From contig CAYWDM010000001.1 of NCBI GenBank assembly GCA_964457085.1, forward strand, positions 242,914 through 306,913: 64,000 nucleotides of DNA. The letters are read 5' to 3'. This document shows positions 19,704-29,172 of this stretch, one piece after another. Below the pieces are notes generated by a model. It was not told the origin of the DNA. It saw only the letters and a program-made list of their open reading frames with translations, and did not search any database. Made by a program: the position numbers and the translations under genes. The DNA comes from an uncultured Pseudomonadales bacterium (GTDB lineage: Bacteria > Patescibacteriota > Microgenomatia > UBA1400 > PJMF01). How positions within the stretch are numbered: position 1 is the first letter of the stretch; each line of letters starts with the position of its first letter.

Positions 19704-20580
19704 TTTTATACACCACTAAAATAATGCTCAAAATAATGAGCAATCCTCCAATAAATTCAAATATGTCAGGTGTTTCCTTTAGGAAAATAATCGATAACAA
19801 AATTCCAGATACAGGAACGAGAGCGGTAAAAACTCCTGCCGTGGATGCACTTACCTGTTTCAGACCTTTAAACCATAAAATAAATGATATGTACGTTAGA
19901 AAAACTCCGTAATAAACAATTAGCCCGAGTCCAAAAAGCGAGAATGACGAAACATCTAAATGAACCATGTCATAGATTGCTGTAGGCAATGACAGACCAC
20001 AACTTAACAACGTGACCATCCCAGCTATAGCCATTGGACTGACATTTTTATTTAGCTTTTTAGCAAAAACACTGAAACATGCTTCGCCAAATACAGCGAG
20101 AACGACAAGTGCTGTCCCAATTAATAGTCCTGAGCCCAAAGTAACTGTAATTCTATTTGCTAGATATGCAGTAGCTAGCCCCACAACAGCCAATCCAATT
20201 CCAGCTTTTTCCTTTATTGAAAGTTTCTCTTTCAAGAATAAAACAGCCAACACCGAGATCATTGCAGGTTGCAGTGCCGTTAAAATTCCGGCAAAACTAG
20301 CATCGATATATTTAAGACCCAGGAAGAAAAATATTCTATATAAAACCGTACCTAGTAGTGCTTGCAAACCTAGATAAAAATAATCATTCTTGGTAAGTTG
20401 CTTGCTTTTCAACAACGGGATAATGCTCGGCAAAAAAAGCACTGAAGCAATTAATAAACTTAAAAATGATGATAAAAATATTGGTAATGAATCTGTAATG
20501 TATTTACCAACTACCACAGAAGACCCCACAATTATCATTGCTAGCGATAGGTAACTATAAGCTTTTATCTTTTCATTCAT
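19693..20580 (-). CDS. DMT/EamA family transporter
   Basis: Two EamA repeats, LKEK loop. Confidence 0.88.
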   Translation of the reverse strand: MNEKIKAYSYLSLAMIIVGSSVVVGKYITDSLPIFLSSFLSLLIASVLFLPSIIPLLKSKQLTKNDYFYLGLQALLGTVLYRIFFFLGLKYIDASFAGILTALQPAMISVLAVLFLKEKLSIKEKAGIGLAVVGLATAYLANRITVTLGSGLLIGTALVVLAVFGEACFSVFAKKLNKNVSPMAIAGMVTLLSCGLSLPTAIYDMVHLDVSSFSLFGLGLIVYYGVFLTYISFILWFKGLKQVSASTAGVFTALVPVSGILLSIIFLKETPDIFEFIGGLLIILSIILVVYKNEK

Positions 20581-20582
20581 TG

Positions 20583-20828
20583 TTATTTTTCAGTTAAAAA
20601 TTTGAAATGCCCCAATTTCAATTCTTTCGCACCTCGAGTCACTGTAGCTATACCGACATTGAGCTGTGTTGATATCTCTCTATGTGCTGTTTTCTTGAGC
20701 AACAACTTAATAATATCAACTCTTTTTTCAAATGTTTCAATCTCCTCAGGAGAAAACATGCTTTCCAAAAAATCTCTGGCCTCGTGCTCAGATTTAATTG
20801 TTTGGAGTAATTTTATTAGTGTATTCAT
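20583..20828 (-). CDS. TrpR/YerC-YecD-like repressor
   Basis: FS.EE...KR...LL...HREI...L.VGIATVTRG HTH signature. Confidence 0.88.
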   Translation of the reverse strand: MNTLIKLLQTIKSEHEARDFLESMFSPEEIETFEKRVDIIKLLLKKTAHREISTQLNVGIATVTRGAKELKLGHFKFLTEK

Positions 20829-20865
20829 GTACTAGTATGATAGTACAATCAATTAATGATGTCAA
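20828..20865 (-). promoter_or_regulatory. Sigma70 promoter overlapped by a TrpR-type operator
   Basis: TTGACA(20865-20860)-17bp-TATCAT(20842-20837), 8 nt before ATG; palindrome TGTACTAGTATGATAGTACA at 20828-20847. Confidence 0.85.
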
Positions 20866-21057
20866 GGGAATAGGGAAGAATTCAAAAAAAATAAGATTGA
20901 GTAATGTGCGGAGGACGATTATTATTTAGAACCGTTTTCTGATATTTCTTCTGAATACTTGGTTCAAGTTGCAAAGCTGACGGAAAATTTTAAAGCTGTT
21001 AGAAATCAAAACGATATTAGTATAAATATAAATGATTATTAGGTAATATACGAATAT

Positions 21058-21687
21058 ATGATAATTTCTTTAATTGGTATGTCTGGGGTCGGAAAAAGTT
21101 ATTGGTCAACCAGATTAGAACAAGAAGCTGGCTATACAAGGATTTGTTGTGACGATTTAATTGGTCAAAGTTTAGCCGCAAAGCTTTCAGCTTTAGGAAT
21201 AAAAAGTGATTTACGTTCAATCGCAGAATGGCGAGGTTTACCGTATGAAGAACAGTATGTAAATAATGAACGCATGCAAATACTCAATGAACAGAAAATC
21301 ATGGAAGTTGTTTGCCAGCAATCGGATAACTCAAAAAATGAAAATATTATCATAGATACCTCTGGAAGTCTCGTCTACATTGATAAACAGGTGATTCAGA
21401 GACTGAAAAATTTATCAAAAATGGTTTATATTGTTGCGGGTAAAGAGCAGGAACACGAGTTATATAACGACGAAGTAATATTTCATCGACCGTTAGTTTG
21501 GGGTAATTCATACCAACCAAAAGATAATGAGCTTCAAAAAGAAGCTATGAGAAGATGTTTCACTGAATTAATTTCATGGAGATCGAAACAGTACGAGAGA
21601 TGGGCGTCTATTTCAATACCATATATACATTTGCGTCAGAAGATAAAAACAACAAAAGAATTCATTGATCGAATAAATCAATATTAA
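21058..21687 (+). CDS. Shikimate kinase-like P-loop kinase
   Basis: GMSGVGKS Walker A, IIDTSGS. Confidence 0.7.
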   Translation: MIISLIGMSGVGKSYWSTRLEQEAGYTRICCDDLIGQSLAAKLSALGIKSDLRSIAEWRGLPYEEQYVNNERMQILNEQKIMEVVCQQSDNSKNENIIIDTSGSLVYIDKQVIQRLKNLSKMVYIVAGKEQEHELYNDEVIFHRPLVWGNSYQPKDNELQKEAMRRCFTELISWRSKQYERWASISIPYIHLRQKIKTTKEFIDRINQY

Positions 21688-21700
21688 ACTTATCTCATCT

Positions 21701-21861
21701 TGTGCCCGGGAGAGGTATCCCAGATTACTTCGTATCTGGAGACATTTCTCGAGTCCCTTCAGAACTCGAAGTGCAGACTTTCACCTACGGTTCAAGCTCA
21801 TCACGATATATTTTTAAATATCACACATTTGTGTGATATTTAAAAATGTGCCCGGGAGAGG
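21701..21861. repeat. 15-bp direct repeat of the tRNA-Leu(GAG) 3' end (21701-21715 = 21847-21861) flanking a hairpin-rich spacer; 146-bp period
   Basis: TGTGCCCGGGAGAGG twice; perfect 18-bp-arm hairpin at 21810-21847. Confidence 0.9.
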
Positions 21862-21929
21862 ACTTGAACCTCCACAGATTTCTCCGCTACCACCTCAAGG
21901 TAGTGCGTCTACCATTTCGCCACCCGGGC
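21849..21929 (-). tRNA. tRNA-Leu(GAG)
   Basis: GCCCGGG/CCCGGGC acceptor, CTACC-TTGAGGT-GGTAG, long variable arm. Confidence 0.96.
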
Positions 21930-21967
21930 ATATTAAGTTGCCAAACCCCAGCCATGGTGACTGAGAT

Positions 21968-22052
21968 TGGTGCCGGGGAGAGGACTTGAACCTCCATGGA
22001 TTGCTCCACACGCTTCTGAGACGTGTGCGTCTACCAATTTCGCCACCTCGGC
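21968..22052 (-). tRNA. tRNA-Leu(CAG), CCA encoded
   Basis: GCCGAGG acceptor, CACGT-CTCAGAA-GCGTG, long variable arm. Confidence 0.96.
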
Positions 22053-22125
22053 GTTTGTGGTCAAAAACCACAGCCATTATTGTAACACTTCAACTGTGCG
22101 TACAACTGTGTAAACCCAGGCAAAT

Positions 22126-22806
22126 TTAGTGAGGAATAAATCCACGATAACGACTCACTCTCGGAAACTTGCGATAGAACGCCTCTAACACTAATTCCGC
22201 AGCCTTATCGATTGAATAGCAAGCGGTATTAATTGAAAGATCATAATTAACACATTTGGTGATGTCTTTTTTAAAGTACTGCTTAATGAATTCTTCTCGT
22301 TCCGAGGCAATTTTTGAGTTCTGAGTTTTTGCTTGTGTTCGACTGATTTTGTCGAAATCCATAGTTCGCTGAGTGCGAAGCTCCTCAGGTGCCACAATGT
22401 TTACGTGCAAACCTTTTTCGAATGGACTGATAAAACTAGCACCTCGACCTACAATCACTACTTTACCCTGATAAATGTGTGCCAAGATGACTTTGGTCAG
22501 TTCTTTAATGTAAGTGTAATCATCAACATACTCCTTATTCAGCATCGCATGAATGACGTCGTTGAAACGACTGCGACTTTTTTCATCAACAGCCTGAATA
22601 ATTGCTCGTCGTTTTTTGGTAGATTCGGCAATGTCGTCAATCAACTCCTCATCAAGAAAGTGAAAACCAAGCATATCAGCCACTTTACGGGCAATTGGTC
22701 TACCCATACTGCCAGGTTGTCTGGCTACAGTAATGAATGGCTTGCTAAAAAGAACTTGGTTATCTTGAGAAAAATTAAAAATGTCCTTAACGTTCATCAC
22801 CTTCAT
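22126..22806 (-). CDS. Cytidylate kinase-like family protein
   Basis: ITVARQPGSMG, VIVGRGA, YDLSINT; start approximate. Confidence 0.85.
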   Translation of the reverse strand: MKVMNVKDIFNFSQDNQVLFSKPFITVARQPGSMGRPIARKVADMLGFHFLDEELIDDIAESTKKRRAIIQAVDEKSRSRFNDVIHAMLNKEYVDDYTYIKELTKVILAHIYQGKVVIVGRGASFISPFEKGLHVNIVAPEELRTQRTMDFDKISRTQAKTQNSKIASEREEFIKQYFKKDITKCVNYDLSINTACYSIDKAAELVLEAFYRKFPRVSRYRGFIPH

Positions 22807-22997
22807 TAATCTATTGATTAGTGGATAGTAGTGTAGGCTCATAATATTGAATATTGTATCCAATCCATCCCGTTTGCCAATACATCTGAGGTGTGTCTCG
22901 ACTACAGCATGCTGCAGTATCGCTAACTTATCAAAAATTAGTCATAATTACTATCCACCCGCTCCACAGTACGATTTTTTGTACATCAAGTGTTATA

Positions 22998-24566
22998 CTA
23001 ACTCTGTCTACAATGCCTCTGTAGCTTAACGGATAAAGTACCGGTCTTCGGAACCGTGGATAGGGGTTCGATTCCCTTCAGGGGCACATTTCCTTGAAAA
23101 GCCTTATTAATGTCTGTAATTACCTCAAGTACGTAGGGTGTTCGATAGTTTTCACCATCCCATTGTAGTTTTTTCGGAAATATCGAACTCTGATAGAGGA
23201 TTTTGTCTTGTACTTCGAGTATCTTCCACTGTTCTGGAATGTTTGTAACAAATCTTTTGGCAAAGGTCGTAACTTCTTTCCAATCAACTTCTACATACTG
23301 TGGTTTGCTTAAAGGCTCTCTTAACGACTCACGCTCAAGATCAATAGCATGCTTCTTGAGGGAAAAGGTGTCTGAATCAATTAATCCTTCAATTCTCATA
23401 TCAACTAGGCGATCCTGCTTCTTTTGAAGTTCTACCATACGCTTTTCTATGTTAATTTCACTTTCTTTCTGAAACTTTAGCCCATCACCTAGCTCCTCCA
23501 GAAACATCTCAAAATATAGGTCAACTGCTTCTTTAGGAGGTTCAATCTCACCAAATAAATTGAGAAGCTGGGTGTGCATTGTGTCCGAGCTATAGTTGCC
23601 AGAATCACGATGTGGGCAGAAGTAGTACCCATATCTGGCACCAGATTTACCTCTAGATAGTGCACCAGTAATGAAGTGATCACAAGGTGCTTGGACAAAA
23701 CCTCTTAAGGGAAAGTGTTCATTATTCTTTTTACGAATTACCTTTGGGTTTCTGCCTTCTCGGATTGCCTTGCATCTATTCCATAAATCGAGTGGGATGA
23801 TTGGCTGATGTTTGCCTTGCCGTACCTTGCCATCAAGTTTTGATTCAGTCAGTCCAATGTAAAAAGAATGAGCCAATAATTTTTCCACTTGTTGATGAAT
23901 GATTCTGAATGGCCTGTTATTAACATTCAATAAGCCAAGTCCATTTAATTCGATAGCAATAGCTTTATAGGTGTAACAACCAGTCGCATAGAGCTCAAAC
24001 ATCCTCTTAATCGCAATCGATGAGTCAGGGTCTATTTGTGCAACACTTAACTTCACTCCTTCGACATGAGGCAAGAAATATCCGAGTGGGGGATTCCATG
24101 GCCATAAACCCTCATCCAGGCGACGTATCATGCCTAGTTTCGTGCGTTCAGTCCTAATATCGTTATCATATTCATTAACAGCGGCCAATATGCCCTCAAT
24201 CATCTTTCCTGAGCCATCTTCACTGATGTTTTCGGTTGCACTGCGTAAAAGTATTTTTCTCTTTAGTAACTGAGCACGCAACCAGTGATGTTGATCTTGA
24301 GAACGAGCAAAACGATCGAGTTTATAAACTAAAAGAATATCAAATTGTTTCTTGTGAGAATCACAATAATCAAGAAGATCCAAGACACGCTCATTACTTG
24401 ATTTGTTTGCAGAGACAGCTTCGTTTTTAACAACATCAACAAGTATCCAACCATTACGACCACAGGTACTACGACAGATAGCTTCTTGAGTATTAAGTGA
24501 GGTGTTAGCGACTTGCTTGTTGTCTGAGATTCTCAAGTAAGCAACTACTCTGAGTGCGTTTGCCAT
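22998..24566 (-). CDS. Large serine recombinase; C-terminus encoded antisense across tRNA-Arg
   Basis: YLRIS catalytic motif, DRFAR, PPLGY, GKHQPII, degenerate Zn ribbon, coiled coil. Confidence 0.93.
   Translation of the reverse strand: MANALRVVAYLRISDNKQVANTSLNTQEAICRSTCGRNGWILVDVVKNEAVSANKSSNERVLDLLDYCDSHKKQFDILLVYKLDRFARSQDQHHWLRAQLLKRKILLRSATENISEDGSGKMIEGILAAVNEYDNDIRTERTKLGMIRRLDEGLWPWNPPLGYFLPHVEGVKLSVAQIDPDSSIAIKRMFELYATGCYTYKAIAIELNGLGLLNVNNRPFRIIHQQVEKLLAHSFYIGLTESKLDGKVRQGKHQPIIPLDLWNRCKAIREGRNPKVIRKKNNEHFPLRGFVQAPCDHFITGALSRGKSGARYGYYFCPHRDSGNYSSDTMHTQLLNLFGEIEPPKEAVDLYFEMFLEELGDGLKFQKESEINIEKRMVELQKKQDRLVDMRIEGLIDSDTFSLKKHAIDLERESLREPLSKPQYVEVDWKEVTTFAKRFVTNIPEQWKILEVQDKILYQSSIFPKKLQWDGENYRTPYVLEVITDINKAFQGNVPLKGIEPLSTVPKTGTLSVKLQRHCRQS
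23015..23086 (+). tRNA. tRNA-Arg(TCG)
   Basis: GCCTCTG/CAGGGGC acceptor, CTTCGGA loop, TTCGATT T-loop; TGtTATACT promoter at 22991-22999. Confidence 0.93.
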
Positions 24567-24696
24567 ATTTCTTTATAGTCTCTCTTGCGGCTATTCTAGC
24601 AATAGTACGTAAATAGTTAAGTTGTACTTCCAATTCCTCATCACTAAACTTATCACCAAACCCAGCCAGTAACTTCCGAGCCCGGTGGATTGTCAC
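24505..24696 (-). CDS. Small protein between rep and recombinase
   Basis: 63 aa (ARKLL...SDEELE); start overlaps rep stop; end overlaps recombinase start. Confidence 0.6.
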   Translation of the reverse strand: MTIHRARKLLAGFGDKFSDEELEVQLNYLRTIARIAARETIKKYGKRTQSSCLLENLRQQASR

Positions 24697-25658
24697 TCAG
24701 TACCTCCAACAAGACCGTTACCAAGTAGTGGATAACATACCTTTTCCTCATCGAGGGGCAGGAGGAGCTTGACGCTAACAAGCCTTGCCAATTCCTCAGA
24801 CACGAGTGGTTGCTCACCTCTTAAGACGGAAAGTAGGGGTAACACCACCCCCGGTGGCCGAGCACAAGACCGACTGATGGAAAATCTCCGCTCAAAAAAC
24901 TTAAACCCAGACTGCTTGCCATCCTCAAACCCCTTTGCTATATACCCCGTGATGTATTTACCAATTGCCTCTAGGTTTCTCACTTTCTCAACTCGCATGA
25001 TGTGGCCACCACCGACATGCGTCCATAGATCTCGTACTACCTCAATGGGTACAAACTTATTAAGCAAGATGTGAAGATGAGCATTGCCATTTTTCTGGAA
25101 CTCAATCACCCAAACGTATTTAATTTTGGAATCACTGGTATCAAGCTTAAACTCAGCACGGGAATCGTTCTTGGTATAGGAAAATTTCTTACGCTTTAAG
25201 ACAGTTAGAAAGTGATTAAAGAGCTTGGTAATATACGCATGTGTTCTGTTGTCTGGCTGAATATACTCTGGAGGAATCTTTGTAGGGTCTAGGGTGAGGG
25301 TTAAAAAATACTCTAGGAAATTGAGCTCTATCACTGACTGAAGCAAGTATCTGGCATAGATTGCTTTTTTAACCTGGCAGACTGGACACGACCAAGAATT
25401 ACAACCAATTCTACCGATGGTCAGTTGTTTGGGAGAACCAAGACTTAACTCAAGTTTTGCAATCTTATGCTTGCCACAAAAGAATGGTCTACTGGTTTTG
25501 GTACGAAATGGCTTGCCCCGAAGTTTCTCTTTTGAGATGGCAATCTTATGTCTAACTACTTGATCCTGTTGAGATGATCTAATATTAGTCAAGAATAGGA
25601 GGTGGGAATCACCTCCGGGGTTAGGAACTGGTAAACGGTTTTTATTAACTTCCCTCAT
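24693..25658 (-). CDS. Rolling-circle replication initiator (HUH endonuclease)
   Basis: CG...CNSWSCPVC Zn motif, motif I FLTLT, motif II E.QKNG.AHLHILL, motif III YITGYIAK. Confidence 0.88.
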   Translation of the reverse strand: MREVNKNRLPVPNPGGDSHLLFLTNIRSSQQDQVVRHKIAISKEKLRGKPFRTKTSRPFFCGKHKIAKLELSLGSPKQLTIGRIGCNSWSCPVCQVKKAIYARYLLQSVIELNFLEYFLTLTLDPTKIPPEYIQPDNRTHAYITKLFNHFLTVLKRKKFSYTKNDSRAEFKLDTSDSKIKYVWVIEFQKNGNAHLHILLNKFVPIEVVRDLWTHVGGGHIMRVEKVRNLEAIGKYITGYIAKGFEDGKQSGFKFFERRFSISRSCARPPGVVLPLLSVLRGEQPLVSEELARLVSVKLLLPLDEEKVCYPLLGNGLVGGTE

Positions 25659-25702
25659 AGATGAGGCAAGTTTAAAAAACTTTAGAAAAAGTGAGATATC
25701 AG

Positions 25703-26563
25703 CTAGTCAGGAAGTAAGTGAGATTCACTAAGAAAAATAAGATAGTCTATTTCAAGGTTGGTAACCGAATCAGATTCAGAGTAGTTTGATTGTAGTTTCC
25801 TGAATCTCAACAGCTTATTAGCCACCCAACCTTCATCAGAAAGGTATGGATGATCACTATATTTTTCACATAAAATGCTCGAAATCTGACTTGGAGTTTT
25901 ACCTGCAAGATATAGCTCATTCATTTCATGGGTGAGGCGTAACTCAGTAAAGTTAATTGATTTATCAACATTAAAAGGAAGCGATGAGATTGCCAAATCA
26001 ATCTTGTTTTTATTCTTATCAATCCACTCGTGTAACTCGTTTATTGTCATTCTTCTTCTAATAATTAAGCCCAGATTCCAACCAGGCAAATAATCAGGTT
26101 GATATTCTTCCTCTGAGTACATGTCGTCTCTATTACTAAAATCTATAACAATATCTTCAATCATCGTCACGGGATTTTCAGAATAGTCATGCTCTATATA
26201 TGAGTCATATCTCATGAGTAGATATAAATTGAACTCTTCAAATGAGGGTGATTCATAACCAAATTGCCAAATCAACCAACGAACTGCCTCAGTCAATTTT
26301 AGATATTCATCCCATAATTGTTTATATTTTCTATGAGATAAGGTGCTTGAAAAGCCTGATGGCAATGGGAAGCTATCTTTAAAAAGCTTTCTCCTAACTT
26401 GAAAAAATGGCAGGCTTAAATATTTACCAATCAAGTTTTCAGTAAGTGAACTACACACATCAGTTTCAACAATGCAACCATTCTTAAAAGCAAAGATAGA
26501 TACATCCATTTTTTTCACGAGTGGTATTATACAATTAAGAAAAAAGATATGTGGATACCTCAC
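25703..26563 (-). CDS. Hypothetical protein, possible C-terminal HTH
   Basis: Long ORF; ELYLAGKTPSQISSIL resembles an HTH; real start may be at MDVSIF. Confidence 0.55.
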   Translation of the reverse strand: MRYPHIFFLNCIIPLVKKMDVSIFAFKNGCIVETDVCSSLTENLIGKYLSLPFFQVRRKLFKDSFPLPSGFSSTLSHRKYKQLWDEYLKLTEAVRWLIWQFGYESPSFEEFNLYLLMRYDSYIEHDYSENPVTMIEDIVIDFSNRDDMYSEEEYQPDYLPGWNLGLIIRRRMTINELHEWIDKNKNKIDLAISSLPFNVDKSINFTELRLTHEMNELYLAGKTPSQISSILCEKYSDHPYLSDEGWVANKLLRFRKLQSNYSESDSVTNLEIDYLIFLSESHLLPD

Positions 26564-27502
26564 TTCGGATACATGCTTTGGGAAAATGGGAAATGCTCAA
26601 TAGACAGCAGAAGGCAATCAAAAATTGACAACACCGAACGTGTCTTTAATGTAAGCTTTATTCTTGAAAATGTTGATCAGAGAAAAATAGACAGCACTGT
26701 TTTTGAACTTAATGAGAACATGATACGTACTTTGAATGAAGTATCACCATCAGGTAATGTCGTTAATAACCTAATAATGTTTGAAAAGAATTCAGACGGA
26801 AGATTATCGAGAATTCATCTCAAAATTAACACGACTAACTTTCAAAGTGCAGTTGAGAAGTCATATAACTCTATAGCTAAATTACTAAGCGTTGTTACAT
26901 TTTCGACAGCAAATCCTCTTTCCATATATCAGATTGTGGTGGAGGATTGCACCCATAATGTGGCGTGGGAAGCTTTTCCGCAGCAAGTAGGATCTGAAAA
27001 ATGGGCATTGCCGGGTGGCATTGAACTAAACAAACTATTTTGTTCCGCATTTGCTTTATATAGAGAAGGTAGAAATAGTAATAGCCCGATATATAGATTT
27101 TTTTGCTTTTATAAAATTCTAGAAGGCTTTTATAAAAGCAGAGATTTATTTAAAGACGCAGATGTAATTATTAAGAGTTTGGTTACTCGCAACCCTGAAT
27201 TAAAACGCACTAAACGGAAGATCAACAGTGATTTGCTCCTGAAGGCACTTGCAAAAACAAAGTATCCTGATTTAGAAGGAAAAACATATGGAGAATTTTT
27301 TAAATGGATTACAGCACAACACAGACATTTAGTTGCACACATATTTCCTAAAGACTACACTCAAGAGCAATGGATTAATGTTGACGATTTTGACACCTAT
27401 ACTGAATTTGCTATAGTCGGAAATATTGTAGATTTGGTTGTAAGAGATTTATTAGAAGATGAATTACGTTTATGGGAAAAAATTAATATGAAATTAAAGT
27501 AA
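26549..27502 (+). CDS. HEPN-domain protein (MauJ/ApeA-like)
   Basis: LYREG...Y.F.CFYKILE and RHLVAH (Rx4H). Confidence 0.7.
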   Translation: MWIPHFGYMLWENGKCSIDSRRQSKIDNTERVFNVSFILENVDQRKIDSTVFELNENMIRTLNEVSPSGNVVNNLIMFEKNSDGRLSRIHLKINTTNFQSAVEKSYNSIAKLLSVVTFSTANPLSIYQIVVEDCTHNVAWEAFPQQVGSEKWALPGGIELNKLFCSAFALYREGRNSNSPIYRFFCFYKILEGFYKSRDLFKDADVIIKSLVTRNPELKRTKRKINSDLLLKALAKTKYPDLEGKTYGEFFKWITAQHRHLVAHIFPKDYTQEQWINVDDFDTYTEFAIVGNIVDLVVRDLLEDELRLWEKINMKLK

Positions 27503-27535
27503 TATTATTGAAATTTTTTTAGAGGAAACACAATA

Positions 27536-28114
27536 ATGCAAATCATAAACTGGTCTAGTTGGAATAGTATTTGTAATCTTCAAGCAATAAGCTATGTATG
27601 TGGATTCTGTGGAAATAAGGTCGGCACTTCACATGGATACTATTCATCAGAAACTGCTCACAACTCAAAGATTTATATATGTACAAATTGTGGTCGTCCA
27701 ACACTTTTTGATGGCTGGGATGAACTACAAAAACCAGGACCAATGCTGGGTAAGGATATTGCAAAGCTCCCTGACGATATTTCCAAGATTTATAACGAGA
27801 TTAGAAGTTGTATAAAAGAAAATAACAACACGTCCGCCGTATTGACAGCGAGAAAACTAATTATGCACCTAGCGGTGAATGTAGCTGGTGCAAAAGAAGG
27901 CGATACGTTCGTTAATTACATCGACTATTTAAATAAATCTGGTTATATACCTCCAAAATCAAGTTCTTGGTTAAAAAAGATTAAAGATGATGGTAATGAG
28001 AAAAGTCATGAACTAAAACTATCAAATTCTGAGGAATCGCGCGTGCACTTAAGTTTTATTGAATTGCTACTATCATTTATGTATGAGTATTCAGATGATG
28101 AAGCCGCTACTTAG
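27536..28114 (+). CDS. DUF4145 (HEPN-like) protein with N-terminal Zn ribbon
   Basis: CGFC...CTNC, IYNE...SA...RK, GNEKSH. Confidence 0.78.
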   Translation: MQIINWSSWNSICNLQAISYVCGFCGNKVGTSHGYYSSETAHNSKIYICTNCGRPTLFDGWDELQKPGPMLGKDIAKLPDDISKIYNEIRSCIKENNNTSAVLTARKLIMHLAVNVAGAKEGDTFVNYIDYLNKSGYIPPKSSSWLKKIKDDGNEKSHELKLSNSEESRVHLSFIELLLSFMYEYSDDEAAT

Positions 28115-28161
28115 TGAGAATACTAATTAACTATTACTAAATTATTGTTATCGAATTAAGG

Positions 28162-29118
28162 TTATAGTCTAAAATTACTAACCAAATTTTGATCATCTGA
28201 GATAATTTTTAGTGCGTAGTAAGGTTTGTTTTGACGTAAATCATAAACAAAAAAACATACACCTTTCACTGAAGTTTCTCTTATTATTTCAAATACTTTT
28301 TTCTCTAGTTCAATAATCTCAGCTTTCCATCTATCTGGATTCTTCAATTCAGCAAACAAACTTGGAAACAAATGATTTACTGGTAAACTCCCCACAGAAA
28401 TAAAAAGTACATTGCAAGGTCTCTTATTTAGCTGCCTATGTTTTTCATTGATCTTATTAGATAAATCATTTATCAAACTATCTAATGGATTAGACATATC
28501 CTGTTCGAACTCCCAACTTATGATTCCTGGCTGAATGTCAGGAATCGGGTGAATTGAGAAACCTTCATATTTAAAAACACCTCCTGAATTAACACTAATT
28601 GATAATTGCTCAATAACATTTCGTTGATACGTCTCATCCCTGTATGCAAACGACTTGAGTGTTTGCAATTCTGCACTGACTTTTAACCCATACAAAGGAA
28701 TTATTTTGTTTTGACTAAGGTATTGCTGAATTCGCTCAACGAGAACCCATTCGGCAAAAGTCTCAAGAAAGCATGTAACTTCTATACCATATTCAGTTCC
28801 AGATATGTTGATACATGCATCAACGTCACCGCCAGTCAGTATTTCTTTTAATCCAGAATTTTGTGATCTGACATAGTCTAAGATATACCGCTCAGCAGTG
28901 ATTGTTACCATCCGATCATTACTTTTTAAAAACCACTCCTTTAGCTTTGATACTCCTCCTGATTGGCTCAACAAATATTTAACTTTGTTATCAATCACTT
29001 TAACGGATGACTCCATACCCATGTCATCCATCCACCTCAACACTACGGGAAACTTAAACCAATCACTTTGAATTTTCTTACCGCTGAAAAATTTATCAAG
29101 ACTGGCATAACTCGACAT
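28162..29118 (-). CDS. Hypothetical protein, possible PD-(D/E)XK nuclease fold
   Basis: GDVD...YGIEVT motif. Confidence 0.5.
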   Translation of the reverse strand: MSSYASLDKFFSGKKIQSDWFKFPVVLRWMDDMGMESSVKVIDNKVKYLLSQSGGVSKLKEWFLKSNDRMVTITAERYILDYVRSQNSGLKEILTGGDVDACINISGTEYGIEVTCFLETFAEWVLVERIQQYLSQNKIIPLYGLKVSAELQTLKSFAYRDETYQRNVIEQLSISVNSGGVFKYEGFSIHPIPDIQPGIISWEFEQDMSNPLDSLINDLSNKINEKHRQLNKRPCNVLFISVGSLPVNHLFPSLFAELKNPDRWKAEIIELEKKVFEIIRETSVKGVCFFVYDLRQNKPYYALKIISDDQNLVSNFRL

Positions 29119-29172
29119 AAAGTTATTATACTTCAGATACTATTACGAAAATAAAAATAGTATTCTATTATC

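Noticed and set aside
17600-21700. TrpR operon region as an island integrated at tRNA-Leu
   Set aside because: AT-rich and tRNA-adjacent, but no integrase and no distal att repeat found by eye.
21701-21861. Possible tRNA intron or split tRNA
   Set aside because: The tRNA is complete upstream; the extra sequence lies beyond its 3' end and the second copy lacks a T-loop.
21895-22077. 60-aa ORF
   Set aside because: Translation of the two tRNA-Leu genes.
24693-25658. IS91-family transposase or inovirus prophage
   Set aside because: No IS91 ori/ter ends recognised, no Zot-like ATPase or small coat genes; context points to recombinase-mediated integration.
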